DNA of 64,000 nucleotides from Octopus sinensis (lineage: Eukaryota): NCBI RefSeq assembly GCF_006345805.1, contig NC_043010.1, positions 10,602,001 through 10,666,000 of the forward strand, in the 5' to 3' direction. How positions within the stretch are numbered: the stretch's first letter is position 1; each line of letters opens with the position of its first letter. The notes beneath the pieces are model-generated. The model made no database searches and had not been told where the DNA came from. It saw only the letters and a list, made by a program, of their open reading frames with translations. Both the position numbers and the translations under genes were made by a program. Positions 25,192 to 38,917 of this stretch are shown piece by piece.

Positions 25192-26602
25192 TTTGGTGCA
25201 TTAAAGCTTATGAGAAGCCTAACTTCACATATAGGACCTTAGGACCCAGGGTGACTTTTTGAAATATTTTCTCAAGGAAAAAGTGTGTCATATATGCCAT
25301 CAAATATAGTAATAAAAGCCTTGTTATTTTGGTGCTCAAATATTTTGTTTCATTCATAATGCCAATAATATTTCTCTCTCTTGTATTGTTTTAGTTGAAA
25401 CATGATATTAGTAAAAAAAAATTATTATTGGGATAATATTTTTTGTTTTGTTTTCCTTATTTTCCATAAATTTACTCCGGTTCTAGATTTGTTCCAAATG
25501 GGAGAAAATAACCATGGAAATATTTGGCATGTATTTGATTTTTAAAAAATGTGCATCCAAAATAAGGTCATTAGAGTTTGTAAGAGATAGAAGCTTGCTA
25601 AGGGCTAAAAAAAAAATACACGAATAATTGATTATGTAGATTAATGCTTGTCAGTAGAATAAAAAAAAAAAAAGGGAAAAAGAAAAAGTAACTACTAGAA
25701 TTGTAATTAAAGAATGAATCCCCAGTTATTCTGAGTTGCCTCCGAATAATAAAGTATGAACTGAAGTGCTAAGCCTGTTGCATGAAAAACATGGAAGATA
25801 ACAATAAATAATAATTTTGTTTTCTTTGCATCTAATTACAGCGTTTTCTCGTCTAATTATTTGTCAGCCAGTAACCAATTGCTCAAAGGTTGTCAGGTCT
25901 GGCCTCCATGAACATTCATAATATGTAAATTGCATATCTTGTGGTAATGAGCTCAGCTGAATCCAATTTAGCAATTTTTATTGCATTCATTATAAGAAAT
26001 AATGATATAAAGTTAATTAAAGTCTAAAGGTTAAGGACATAAACAATAATGTTTTCAAAACTAAATTCCTTTCCATGACCATAAACATAAGAATTGAAGA
26101 GCTACCTGTTCTTGGAGGAATAATAAGTAAGTGCAGTTGATCTGCATATCTTAACCAGTTCACTGTCAAGTAGCTTTTGAATAATGTTGGTTTTTAATTT
26201 TCTTTCTCCCCCGTGTTATTTTTTTAACTCTGTTATTAATTCACTTTTAAGTTTAACCCATGTAAACAGACGTATCTTAAATATGTTATGATAATAAATA
26301 ATAGCATGAAATATCTAATGCTTCTCCTGTCTGTTCGTATGTGATATTGAATATATGGAATGACTAAAGGATGGCATGAAAGGAATGTAATGGCATATCA
26401 TGCCACTCCATGAATATATTTATAACTGATAAGTGTCTGCTTAAATATTTTGCTTCTCCAACATGTATTCTAAGCTTACTCTCATTATGAGACACCTTAG
26501 CTTTGTGTTGACCAATACCATGTGAGTATCATTTGGCAAACGAAATCTGCCATATATATCTATATATACATAACATGTGATCTCTTGAGCACCACCAGCT
26601 CA

Positions 26603-26982
26603 AATATTTTTTCCTCTGTCTTCCCTTCTTGGGATCTTTCCTTCTCCTTGTTTCCGACGAAGAGCTCCGCTCGAAACGTTAAACCCTCCTTCCCTTCTTT
26701 CCTGAGCGTCAATAATACTTTAATTGTTCCACGTCCTGCGTTGCTGTGTTTTTTTCTCTTTTTTTCTGTGTTTTCTTGTTTGGATTAACTTTATATATAT
26801 ATATATATATATATAGTTAATCCAAACAAGAAAGCACAAAAAAACACAACAACGCGAGGACGTGGAACAAATATAGTATTATTGGACGCTCAGTAAAGAA
26901 GGAGGGTTTAACATTTCGAGCGGAGCTCTTCATCGGAAACATAGGAGAAGTAAAGATCCAGAGAAGGGAAGACAGAGGAAAT
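26603..26982. mobile_element. Two inverted copies of family G element around a TA tract, each with a minimal hammerhead-like motif
   Basis: + 26650-26684 gttt-CCGACGA-a-gagc-tcc-gctc-GAAA-cg-TT-aaac; - 26906-26940 gttt-CCGATGA-a-gagc-tcc-gctc-GAAA-tg-TT-aaac. Confidence 0.7.
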
Positions 26983-28132
26983 ATATATATTCAGAGAGAG
27001 AGAGAGAGACCAGAATTAGCCAAAAGTACAGTTTGCACTTTTTGCTGCAAAAACTGATAAGGTGAGTTGATAAAGCCATGCAGATTTGTCAAATGATTGT
27101 GTGTAGTCTTGTTAGTTGATTTACTGAAACATGTGTTTGTCTTATAAAGGTTAGAATACCAATTATGTTTTCTGTATTTTTATTAATATTACTACATGGT
27201 TTGTATTGCACACACCGGCCTATCCTGTGGACTGATGCCCTCCATCAAACCACTCTAGATAAAGGAGTAGAGTGTGGGACTTACTCCTGAGCCCTAGGTT
27301 TGTGTTGTGTTTTTCAAAGCTTAGGCTGCATTATCTGCCTGTCTATCTGTCTCTCTGCCTGTCTGCCTGCCTGTCTGTAAGTAAGTATGTATGTATGTAT
27401 GAAAGTATATATAAAGACATACATATACATGTTAATACATAAACACACACACACACACTCACATATAGACATATATAAATATCTGTATGTGTGTGTATGC
27501 ATGTATATGCGTGTAAGTTTTTACGTGTATGAACAATGGGGATAGGATAAAAAAAAAAACCAAGTGCTTTGCAACCAAAGATCCTTGAGATATTTGTTCT
27601 GCTCTGAATTACAGAAACTTTCTTGTCATTCTCAACGTCCACAACAATGTAGTGAACTTGTGCTTGACCTGTGCGGGGAAACCTCTAACCAACTATCTAT
27701 AACTATTGTTCAGAAATTCTAATATGAAATGAAAAACAAAAATAAAAAAAAAACAACCAGATCAAAAGCAAGACAAATTTTGTAAAACAGACTATATTTT
27801 CAACAAAATAGAGAATATAGATGCTTATTATGTTACAAATTGATATTTACTGAGTAGAAAGTTTATTATACATAAAGGAAGTTCAAAAAGGAAACAAGAG
27901 AAACACAAGTATTCTATTACATAAATGATTATTGTTCGAAACTATCAGAGAAAAGGACATGATTTCTGGTAACGTAAGAATAGCATTGGTATTTCTAGTT
28001 ACATTTGGCATTTCAATGATAATTTTCTCTCTAATTTTCTTCTTAGTTCATACTTATGTCAGACACACACTTGTGCATATGCATGCACATATATGCACAA
28101 GCACATACATATGCTCAAATATACACTCAGAA

Positions 28133-28177
<45 letters not shown>

Positions 28178-28256
28178 CCTTATAATTCTGTTTTGCTATA
28201 TAGCAGACTGAACAACAGTCATTCTGTCATCTGAACTTTCATTATTACTTTTATTA

Positions 28257-28287
<31 letters not shown>

Positions 28288-28362
28288 CATCATCATCATC
28301 ATTATTATCATCATCATCATTATCATTATCATTATTATTATTATTGTTATTATTATTATTAT

Positions 28363-28917
28363 TGAGTGAGAGAGCAGTGCATGCCATCAAAGTGACACTG
28401 GGGTAAAATATACGAAGCCCAGTATACTCATCATGACTACCCGTTTGATAAGAGTACACTAGGCACATGCATCATAACCATATGTGGGCGATATGGTGAT
28501 CTCATATCAAGATAAACAGCACATGACCTTGCAGGTGGGGCCCAGTTAGCCTTTTCTTCCGGTCGAGTAGCCTATCCGACTCAAAAGGTCCCTGAATAAG
28601 GATTGTTTAAGGATGTTGAACGAACCACCCATGTTTCCAAAGGTGAAGCCAAACCTCTAAGAATTCCTTTCAACTCACGGCTTTGATGCTGCCCCACTAC
28701 TTCTGCTCGTGATCAGAGATGCACATATCATCAGAAACTAAGAGACATGGCCAACTGGTTAATGTTAAACAACTGACAAGCGAATCTGTGGTATTGAGCA
28801 AAATATTTGCTGTTGCCCATCTTTTATACCAAGACAAAACAATGTACATGATAACACTTCCAATCAGTTAAGATCAGAAGCCATGAGAGCCACTGCCTGG
28901 TACTGCATCAGGACATT
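28363..28917 (-). mobile_element. Non-coding element embedded in (TAA)n
   Basis: Same family as 53220-53695 (+); both are bounded by TAA repeats. Confidence 0.75.
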
Positions 28918-29277
28918 TATTATTATTATTATTATTATTAAGGCAGTGAGCTGACAGAATCATTAGCACACTGGGTAAAATGCTTAGCGGTATTTCATCT
29001 GTCTTCACATTCTGAGTTTAAATGCTACTGGGGCTGACTTTGCCTTTCATCCTTTTGGGGTCGATAAATCAAGTAACATTATTTACATTTGATGGATTTT
29101 TCTCCTCACCTTGTTTGTTGTTAACACAATGTTCCATCAAATGTAAATAATGTAAATAACGTACACAATTCTTCTTCTCTTAAATATAGAACTGTATAAA
29201 TCATGTAACAGTTACACACTGAGATTGATTTATCGACTGCTCCTCTCCCCCCAAATTTCAGGCCTTGCGCCTATAGG

Positions 29278-29336
<59 letters not shown>

Positions 29337-29347
29337 CATCATCATCA

Positions 29348-29540
29348 TTGCCTTTGCACAGCTTCTAACACTGGAGATGTACTATGGTGCCAGCTGTTCA
29401 CTAACAGTGAACTAAGGTAACACCACTTATTTTTTGAGCACCTACCGGAGTATTCAAGCAGTTCCAAGAAGCGCTGTTTTCTGCTCCATCCTTATTGCAG
29501 CTTCTATTTGTTCCATGTACTTCTTAAGATTTTTTTACTC
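29348..29540 (-). mobile_element. R4/Dong-clade LINE extreme 3' fragment in (TAA)n
   Basis: Minus strand KNLKKYMEQIEAAIRMEQKTALLGTA*ILR*VLKK*; TTA tracts on both sides. Confidence 0.7.
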
Positions 29541-29985
29541 ACTATCATTATTATTATTATTATTAATGTGGCAAGATGGCAGAATTCTTAACATGCCAGG
29601 CAAAATGCTTAGCAAAATTTTGCCCATCTATAGTAGAAGACACTTGCCCAAAGTGCCACGCAGTGGGACTGAACCTGGAACCATGTGGTTGGTAAACAAG
29701 CTACTTACCACACAGCCACTCCTTCAAAAATTTTGCCAACAACGTTCTTGTTAATGAATAATAAATTTGTATTCTACAAAAATATAGCGCCAGCCATCAA
29801 ATTAATGTAAAACTGTTTTTATCATTACTGAACATAAAAACATGATTATATGTGGGTGTGTGTATGTGTGTGTGTAGACATATACAAATGCTTCTATATA
29901 CAACCACATAACCATGCGCATATTTTTTCCTAGTTAACAAAACAGAATTTAACCGCATTAAACATTCAATAGAAATTACTTAATA

Positions 29986-30390
29986 GGTGCAGGAGTGGCT
30001 GTGTGGTAAGTAGCTTGCTTACCAACCTCATGGTTACGGGTTCAGTCCCACTGCGTGGGATCTTGGGCAAGTGTCTTCTGCTATAACCTCAGGCCAACTA
30101 AAGCCTTGTGAGTGGATTTGGTAGACGGAAACTGAAAGAAGTCTGTCCTATATATGTATTTGTGTGTATGTTTGTGTGTCTGTGTTTGTCCCCCTAGCAT
30201 TGCTTGACAACCGATGCTGGTGTGTTTATGTCCCCATCACTTGGCAGTTTGGCAAAAGAGACCGATAGAATAAGTACTGGGCTTACAAAGAATAAGTCCT
30301 GGGGTCGATTTGCTTGACTAAAGGCGGTGCTCCAGCATGGCTGCAGTCAAATGACTGAAACAAGTAAAAGAGTAAAAGAATAAGAGTAAA
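29986..30390 (+). mobile_element. SINE family A, full length
   Basis: Matches the other family A copies. Confidence 0.9.
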
Positions 30391-30473
30391 CCTAACTAAA
30401 TTCTAAAGGCAAACTAGACATTACTTCCACCTTTAAGGATAATCAGGTCACTGTGCCCTAAAATCAACCATGT

Positions 30474-30785
30474 GGAGGCACATGGCCAAGTGGTTAGAGC
30501 AGCGGATTCATGGTCGAGGGATTGCGGGTTCAAATCTCAGACCGGGCGATGTGTGTGTTTATGAGTGAAACACCTAAGCTCCACGCGGCTCCAGCAGAAG
30601 GTAATGGCGAAACTTCTGCTGATTCTTTCACCACAACTTTCTCTCACTCTTTCCTCCTGCATCTTGCAGCTCACCTGCGATGGACTGGCATCCCGTACAG
30701 GTGGGGAACCTATACGCCAAGGAAACCCGGAAACCGGCCCTTATGAGCCAGGCATAGCTTGAGAAGAAACAAACAAAACAACAAA
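30474..30785 (+). mobile_element. SINE family B, tail type 3
   Basis: Family B-like head and body to ctttctctcactc, then cctgcgatggactggcatcccgtacagg...(AAAC)n. Confidence 0.8.
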
Positions 30786-31023
30786 ATCAACCACCATTAT
30801 CAAGAATCGCATCATAGCAGACTATGATAAATAAGTATAAATTTAATAATACAAGCAATCCATTTGAAAGATAACCATTCTTTTTTTCTGACTCTGAGAA
30901 TCTTCAGATTATCTACTGCTGTTTTTGAATAGATGTAAGCTCTTTGCAAGCCAAGTCTGCAAACTGATTTTGCTTCCTATTTCCCTACAGAGAGCTGTAC
31001 AGTTTTATACCCATATAAGAAAT

Positions 31024-31174
<151 letters not shown>

Positions 31175-31824
31175 ATATAGGGAGAATTTACGAAAAAAAC
31201 AACAAAAGATGAAGACAGGTGGTGTACAAAACAAACAGATGTATTAGTATAATGCTCAGGAATAGAAAAAAGTCTTTTACGTTTTGAGCCTACGCTTTTC
31301 TGCAGAAAGTGACACAGAAAAATAGGAGAAAAACAAGGAGTGAAAAAAAATATGTGTAGTGGCTAACGACACACACACACATAGATAATCTTTTATTCTT
31401 TTACTCGTTTCAGTCATTTGACTGCGAACAAGCTTGAGCACTGCCTTAAACAAATCGACCCCAGGGCTTATTTTTTAATCCTGGTACTTATTGTATTGTT
31501 CTCTTTTGTTAAACCACTAAGTTATGGAGACGTAAACACACCAGCACCAGTTGTCAAGCAGTGATGAGAAGACAAGCACAAAGACATACACACACACACT
31601 CACACTCATATATACATATATACATGTGTATATATACATATACATAATAATAATATTAGGGAGTAGTGTTTTTACTTACTATATACTGTTTATTTATTAT
31701 GTACTTTTTTTGATCGAGATATATGTTTTATAATATATTTTATTTTTTCTATCTGATATGGTTTATGTCTATCATTGTTTGAATTACACAATAGTGGTTT
31801 TTTTCTAATTTATATATATTATAC

Positions 31825-31873
<49 letters not shown>

Positions 31874-31929
31874 CATAAACATATATATGTGTGCATGTGA
31901 ATATATATGTAATTATATATATGTGTATG

Positions 31930-31963
<34 letters not shown>

Positions 31964-32728
31964 TATCAATAATACAGTGATTGTTTCTTATCAGGAACTA
32001 AATGTAACCTTTTTTGATATATATATATACATACACATACATACATACATGTATATATATATGTATATATGTATATGTTTATTTATATATGTGTGTGTGT
32101 TTGTGTGTGTATGTATATGTATGCACAATGCAATTATACTGATGCTTCTTTTACTAAATGAACCAGCATATATACATTTACATGTATGTATATAATGTAC
32201 AACGCAATTATACTTATGTGTCTTTCACAAAATGAACTAACATAGTGATATGTAAAGTAGACTTTATAAATCAATTTACTATTAGATATGCCTGTATTGT
32301 CCATGTAAGGTATCAGATTACCTCACAGTTAAGCAAGTATATATTAAAGATATATGTAATTTGATTTGGATCTGCTGCTTGTTATGCTTGTAACTATAGC
32401 ATAACATTTTATAATTACTGCAATCAATGAAAAAAATTAATGGTAAACACTTCACAATCAATAAGGAATCAGGTAAACTTTTATGAAACCTTCGAGTTAA
32501 CCTTTGAGGCTATAGAAATTTGGTGGAAACAAACTGTTGGAAGCCCATATTTATGCATACACACACATGCATATATGTAAAGATATATATATATATATAT
32601 TTCGTAATGAGATAAAAAAAAACCAAGGCTGTGTATGAACCTGGAACTTAACTATGGTCTATCTATAGGACTTATTCAGCATTACCTGACACCTTAGGGT
32701 CTTGATGACATCATTACCTCTCATAACT

Positions 32729-32821
<93 letters not shown>

Positions 32822-32898
32822 TCAAAATGTGACTGTGTGTGTACCGTTGGCGATTTTTTTCCTCCGTCTTCCCTTCTTTGGATCTTTCCTTTTCTTAT

Positions 32899-32933
32899 GT
32901 TTCTGATGAAGAGCTCTGCTCGAAACATTAAAC
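32899..32933 (+). ncRNA. Minimal hammerhead motif (family G; element about 32820-33021)
   Basis: gttt-CTGATGA-a-gagc-tct-gctc-GAAA-ca-TT-aaac; canonical core, but the ACGU palindrome is mutated. Confidence 0.65.
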
Positions 32934-33240
32934 CCTCCTTCTTTCCAGAGCATCCAATATTATACTTGTTCCACATCCTCGCGTTGTGTTTTCTCTTTGT
33001 GTTTTCATGTTTGGTTTAACTATATGTATATATATATATATATATAATGAGAATATATGCCTCTTAAATGGATGTTAGCATCCAAGTTCCCCAGTCTAAT
33101 CCAGTGTATCAGTGAAATACTAAAGAGATGCAAATGGGTATATTGTCATTTATGTATAAAATAAGAAAAGAAAATGGAAAGACCAACAGACAGACATCAA
33201 TTTATTAACATATATCCTATTTCAAATAACAACAATTTCC

Positions 33241-33341
33241 TCTAACCTACAATTGTTTCAATGTTTAATTAATTCTAATCTCAAATGATTAAATTATAGA
33301 TGTATTTTGCATATAGTAAATTGAACATTTCATCAGTTAGA
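33241..33341 (-). ncRNA. Hammerhead ribozyme motif in the left arm of a fold-back
   Basis: Minus strand tctaa-CTGATGA-aatgttcaatt...aattaaacatt-GAAA-caattg-TA-ggttaga; the inverted arm has tctaacc-CTGATGA at 33457-33470. Confidence 0.7.
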
Positions 33342-33709
33342 AAGTGACACAAAAAGGAATCATATTCCAACGGGCTGGGTGACCATTGAGTGTTGATATG
33401 CTGAGTCTACACATGATCGTACAGTCATTGGAATGTGATTCCTTTTTGTGTCAATATCTAACCCTGATGAAATGTTCAATTTACAATATTCAAAATGCAT
33501 CTTTGATTTGAGCATTTGTAATTTGAATTAATTGAACATAGAAGGTGCTCCAAGAACTGGTCAGCCAAGCAGCGTCCCATTTGACCAATGTACAGAGAAG
33601 AACAGAACGAAGAGGAGATGCAGTAAATGACATTGCGATTTATATATATATGCATTTATACATATATTATATATGTGTGTGAGTGCATATGCATATATGT
33701 ATGTGACAT

Positions 33710-34097
33710 GGAGGCACAATGGCCCAGTGGTTAGGGCAGCGGACTCGTGGTCATAGGATCGCGGTTTCGATTCCCAGACCAGGCGTTGTGAGTGTTTATT
33801 GAGCGAAAACACCTAAAAGCTCCACGAGGCTCCGGCAGGGGATGGTGGTGATCCCTGCTGTACTCTTTCACCACAACTTTCTCTCACTCTTACTTCCTGT
33901 TTCTGTTGTACCTGTATTTCAAAGGGCCGGCCTTGTCACTCTCTGTGTCACGCTGAATATCCCAGAGAACTACGTTAAGGGTACACGTGTCTGTGGAGTG
34001 CTCAGCCACTTACACGTTAATTTCACGAGCAGGCTGTTCCGTTGATTCGGATCAACCGGAACCCTCGTCGTCGTAACCGACGGAGTGCTTCCATCCA
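33710..34097 (+). mobile_element. SINE family B, tail type 1, full length
   Basis: tRNA-like head, body and tail ending gacggagtgcttccatcca. Confidence 0.9.
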
Positions 34098-34883
34098 TGT
34101 ATGTGAATGAGTGGGTGTTTGTGTCTTCTTGTCTTTCCATCATTTGCTAGTTGTAAATGATTGCCAATGTCATACATGCAGTATCATTCATTTCCAGTTA
34201 CAGTATTCTGTGAACTAGGGTGTGTGTGGCAAAGGGGAAATATCAATTTTCATGAAAAAAAGGTGAAGGTTTGTGACAGGAAGAGCATCTGGACAGAAAA
34301 AAATCTGCTCCTATAAACCTTTGTCCTAACTATGCAAGAATGGAAAAGTGGTCATAAAACCATGATGATGATGATGATGTTGATGTTGATATATGCGGTG
34401 AAACAGTGGAAACTTGGTTTACATAATGTTGTTCATACAAACCAAGTTTATTTCAGGTATTGGTTATTGATTTTAGAAATTTGTTATTAGAGTTAGGTTG
34501 TTATTGATTTCAGGAGGTTTTTAAAAATTAAATTCACAATAATTTCTTCATTTTTCAATAGTGTTATTGATTTGCAATAGCCATTTAACTCAAAGGTTTC
34601 GTAAAAGATTTAAGGATTCCTTAGTAATTATGAAGGATTTAGCATTGATTGCGGTAAATATATTATTAATTTTTGAGAGATGCTTATCGATTTTAGATAG
34701 CTTGTTATGAAATTTTGGGAAAGTGGTAAACAAATTTGAGAATCTAAGAGGCAAACAAGTGCAGAGATTGTCTTGTGGTTACGAAATTATTTTTGAGCCG
34801 TAGAAAACCATGGTAAATGAGACTGGAGCCTGGCACTGCTTTCCAAACTGACCAACCATGCCAACCTGGACAATGGATGTTAA

Positions 34884-34919
<36 letters not shown>

Positions 34920-35141
34920 CAGTTCTGTTTTATCTCACTGCGTGGTACTGAGGGCTTCATGCTGGCTAGTATTTTGTGAGTGGACATTTAGATGATAGAA
35001 ATTGGGAAATGACATCTTGCTCGGTAAACAGGTGAGGGTATGGGACAAAGAAGACATCCAGTCTCGGAAAAATCTTCCTCGGCCAATTTCCAATTTCATC
35101 TCACCCAGGCAAGCCTAGGAAAGTGAACATTAAATTGCTGC

Positions 35142-35745
35142 TGATGATGATGATGGTAATGAGGATGATGATGATGATGGTAATGATGATGATGATGGTA
35201 ATGATGATGATGATGGTAATGATGATGATGATGGTGATGATGATGATGATGGTAATGATGATGATGATGGTAATGATGATGATGATGGTGATGATGATGA
35301 TGATGGTAATGATGATGATGATGGTAATGATGATGATGATGGTAATGATGATGATGATGGTAATGATGATGGTAATGATGATGATGATGGTAATGATGAT
35401 GATGATGGTGATGATGATGATGATGATGACAAAGATGACAATGGCGATGGTAATGCCAATGCCAATGTCAACACTGATGCTGACACTGACACCAATGCTG
35501 TTGCCAACACCAATGCTGATGCCGATACTGATGCCAAAGCCAATGCTGGTGCCGACAATGATGCTGACACTGATGCCAATGCCGACACTGATGCTTACAT
35601 TAACACTGATGCCAACGCGATGATGAGAGCAATGGCAACTGCAACAACAACGATGAGGAAAATGGCTACAATGACAATGATGACGATGCCGTGATGACGA
35701 CGACCATAATGACAACAACAACAATGATGACGACAAGAAGGACTA
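35142..35745. repeat. 18-bp minisatellite (ATG)5GTA followed by degenerate GCC/GAT repeats
   Basis: Direct reading. Confidence 0.9.
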
Positions 35746-36558
35746 TGTGTATGGTGACATCCCATTGCAAGGCAACGGAAACTACTTATGATATCACATT
35801 TTTCGATCATGTTGTCTTTGATGAATGCTTGCAGAAAGTTGCCACATTCAAATTGTTGGAAAATAGCATGAAACCATGACAAACATGTAACTCCAAGAAG
35901 TAAATATTTATCATACATGTGAGACATTGTCAGTTACACACCAAGCACCTTGGAGCATTACACATGCAACAGGCAGCATCTAACCACATATCAAAACATA
36001 GACGTACATGCATACATATATTGTGACATAAGCAAAAAGATTGGTTGGCATATCCTTTGTGAGCAATCACAATGTGATTCTTCTGATACATAAATGCTGG
36101 GTTCACTTTACTGGATTAGGAATATTTCCAGGAGTGGAAATCCAAAATAAATATAAAGAATAAGGAGGTTAGAAGATCTTCAAATTTTTCGTTTAATTTC
36201 GATAATCGATCATATAGTATTATTCATTATATATATATATATATAATATATATATATATGTATATATTAATAAATAAAAATAAAAAATAAAAAATATGCA
36301 TATATATAAACATATATGTACGTACCTACCTCTACATGTACATATACACGCATATATGAGTACAGGACACCAAAAAGACGTTGAATACAATGAGAAACGA
36401 AAACATAGACACAAACCGAAGGAACTGGACATTTTTTTAAATGACAAATAAATAGAGTACAGGACAATTAACACAAAGAAAAAACCCCTTCTTCAGTCGC
36501 TATGGTTTCATCTACTCTACGTTTCGAAGGTGATATATATATATATACACAAACACAC

Positions 36559-36752
36559 AGTGCTGAAAGATTCCTGGTGTTAGGTAAAAGAAAATAACAC
36601 AGGAGAATCAGTTAATTACGATCTGATTTCACATATTCCCCTCACATATTCACACACTTATTCCAGCAGCCCTCTAAAATAACTCCGAAGCTTGAGCCTC
36701 TGACTAGGCCTTTTATGATACCCTTAAAGCCAAGAACTTTTCAGTACCCACC
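36559..36752. mobile_element. mariner-type MITE
   Basis: Imperfect TIRs gtgctgaaagattcctggtgttagg / ccttaaagccaagaacttttcagtac. Confidence 0.6.
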
Positions 36753-37179
36753 CACCTGGTATATAAAGAGAGGAATAAAGAGAAAGAGATATGCAAAGTT
36801 ATATATGCATATGTAGGTATAACAATCATTTATATATATATAGGAATAGAAATAAAACAAGTCTTTTACGTTTCGAGCCTACGCTCTTCGACAGAAAGAT
36901 ACACAGAAAAGAAACAAGGAGAGAAAAAAAATTGCATGTAGGGGCTAACGATCCAACATATATAAAAAATTGAATAAGGTTAGAAATTGATATTAATCAA
37001 TTAAAACCAGTGGCCTAGCATATTTTTAAAAAATCCGAAGATTGTATGTAAATTTTGTAAATATATATATTGCTGCTTTAAATAAAGCATATTACTCTAC
37101 CACTGGTATTTGAGTACTCTTTTTTCCACCTTGTTTCACATTTATGTGTTTACTCCGGTATGTTTTTATATATATATGG

Positions 37180-37495
37180 CATTCCGGCAGTTACAACAAC
37201 AAGGGTTCCATCTGAGCTGATCAACAGAAGAGCTTGCTCATGAAATTAGTGTGCTAGTGGTTGAGTACTCCACAGATACATACACCCTAAACGTAGTCCT
37301 CAGGGAGATTCTGTGTGACACACAGTGTAACAAGGCTGACCCTTTGAAATACAGGTACTACTCATTTTTGCCAGCTGAATGGACTGGAGTAAAGTGAAAT
37401 AAAGTGTCTTGCACAAAGACACAATGCAGAAATTGAACTCACAATGTCATGATTGGCAGCTGAATACTCTAATCACCAAGCCATGTGCCTTCACT
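37180..37495 (-). mobile_element. Diverged SINE sharing the family B type 1 tail
   Basis: Tail homologous to 20470-20660; the head resembles the 49860-50190 element. Confidence 0.65.
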
Positions 37496-37513
37496 CTCTC
37501 TCTCTCTCTCTCG

Positions 37514-37568
<55 letters not shown>

Positions 37569-37731
37569 CATATACATACTATATATATACATATATATAT
37601 ATACATACATATATATATACATACATACATATATATATACATATATATATATATATACACATATATATATATACATACATATATATACATTCATATACAT
37701 ATACATATACATATATATATATATACATACA

Positions 37732-37767
<36 letters not shown>

Positions 37768-37838
37768 CATACATACATACATATATATACATACATACAT
37801 ACATATATATATATATACACATATACATATATGTACAT

Positions 37839-37897
<59 letters not shown>

Positions 37898-37938
37898 TTT
37901 ACATATATATACATACATACATTCACACACATACATAT

Positions 37939-37983
<45 letters not shown>

Positions 37984-38499
37984 TATATATAAAAGCATAC
38001 TTTTTGGTTTGTGTTTGCACCGTTGTTGTTTTTTTGTCCCCAGATTACATTTCCTATTTCTCATAATCTAAACATTCATAACACTTTGTATCCTGATAGA
38101 TAAATTGAAACAATAAATATTTACCAGCATAACAGTTCATTACAAAAAGCTCACCACTGTCTGATTTTAAATGTAAAAATGCTAACTTTTATCCAATACT
38201 CATTCAACAGGAAATTATTATCAGTAGATAAATATTTAATAGAATTTCGCCATAAGTTTATTGAAAAGAAACAATAGCCAGAACACTGAAACAAAACAAC
38301 CATATTTGTGAACTTTGTGTGAAGTTTGATACAAACTTTTTCCCTCCCATGAGTTTGCAGAATTCTCGTATGTATATAACGATGGTGTTATTTGGAAAAA
38401 TAACTGATTTGATGAAGTGGGAGTTAGATTTAGTTTTCTTCTTATTCGTTCGTAAAAAATATTGAATGAGACTACAAACTGCTAATTGTGACTTTCATG

Positions 38500-38917
38500 C
38501 TCTTTACTCTTTATTCTTTTACTTGTTTCAGTCATTTGGACTGTGGCCATGCTGGAGCACCGCCTTTAGTCGAGCAACTCGACCCCGGGACTTATTCTTT
38601 TTGTAAGCCCAGTACTTATTCCATCGGTCTCTTTCGCCGAACCGCTAAGTGACGGGGACGTAAACACACCAGCATCGGTTGTCAAGCAATACTAGGGGGA
38701 CAAACACAGACACACAAACACACACAGACATACATATATATATATATCTATACGACAGGCTTCTTTCAGTTTCCGTCTACCAAATCCACTCACAAGGCAT
38801 TGGTCGGCCCGGGGCTATAGCAGAAGACACTTGCCCAAGATGCCACGCAGTGGGACTGAAACCGAACCGGAACCATGTGGTTGGTAGGCAAGCTACTTAC
38901 CACACAGCCACTCCTGC
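38500..38917 (-). mobile_element. SINE family A
   Basis: Reverse complement of family A. Confidence 0.9.

Noticed and set aside
35101-35927. Poly-Met, poly-Ile, poly-Ser and poly-Asp ORFs (also 17785-18173 and 19889-20258)
   Set aside because: Trinucleotide repeats open on both strands; no domain or splice support
36484-36532. Minus-strand GAAACGTA followed by CTGAAGA, a possible permuted hammerhead
   Set aside because: No stem I pairing between the two halves and no downstream GAAA partner; at most remnants of two motifs
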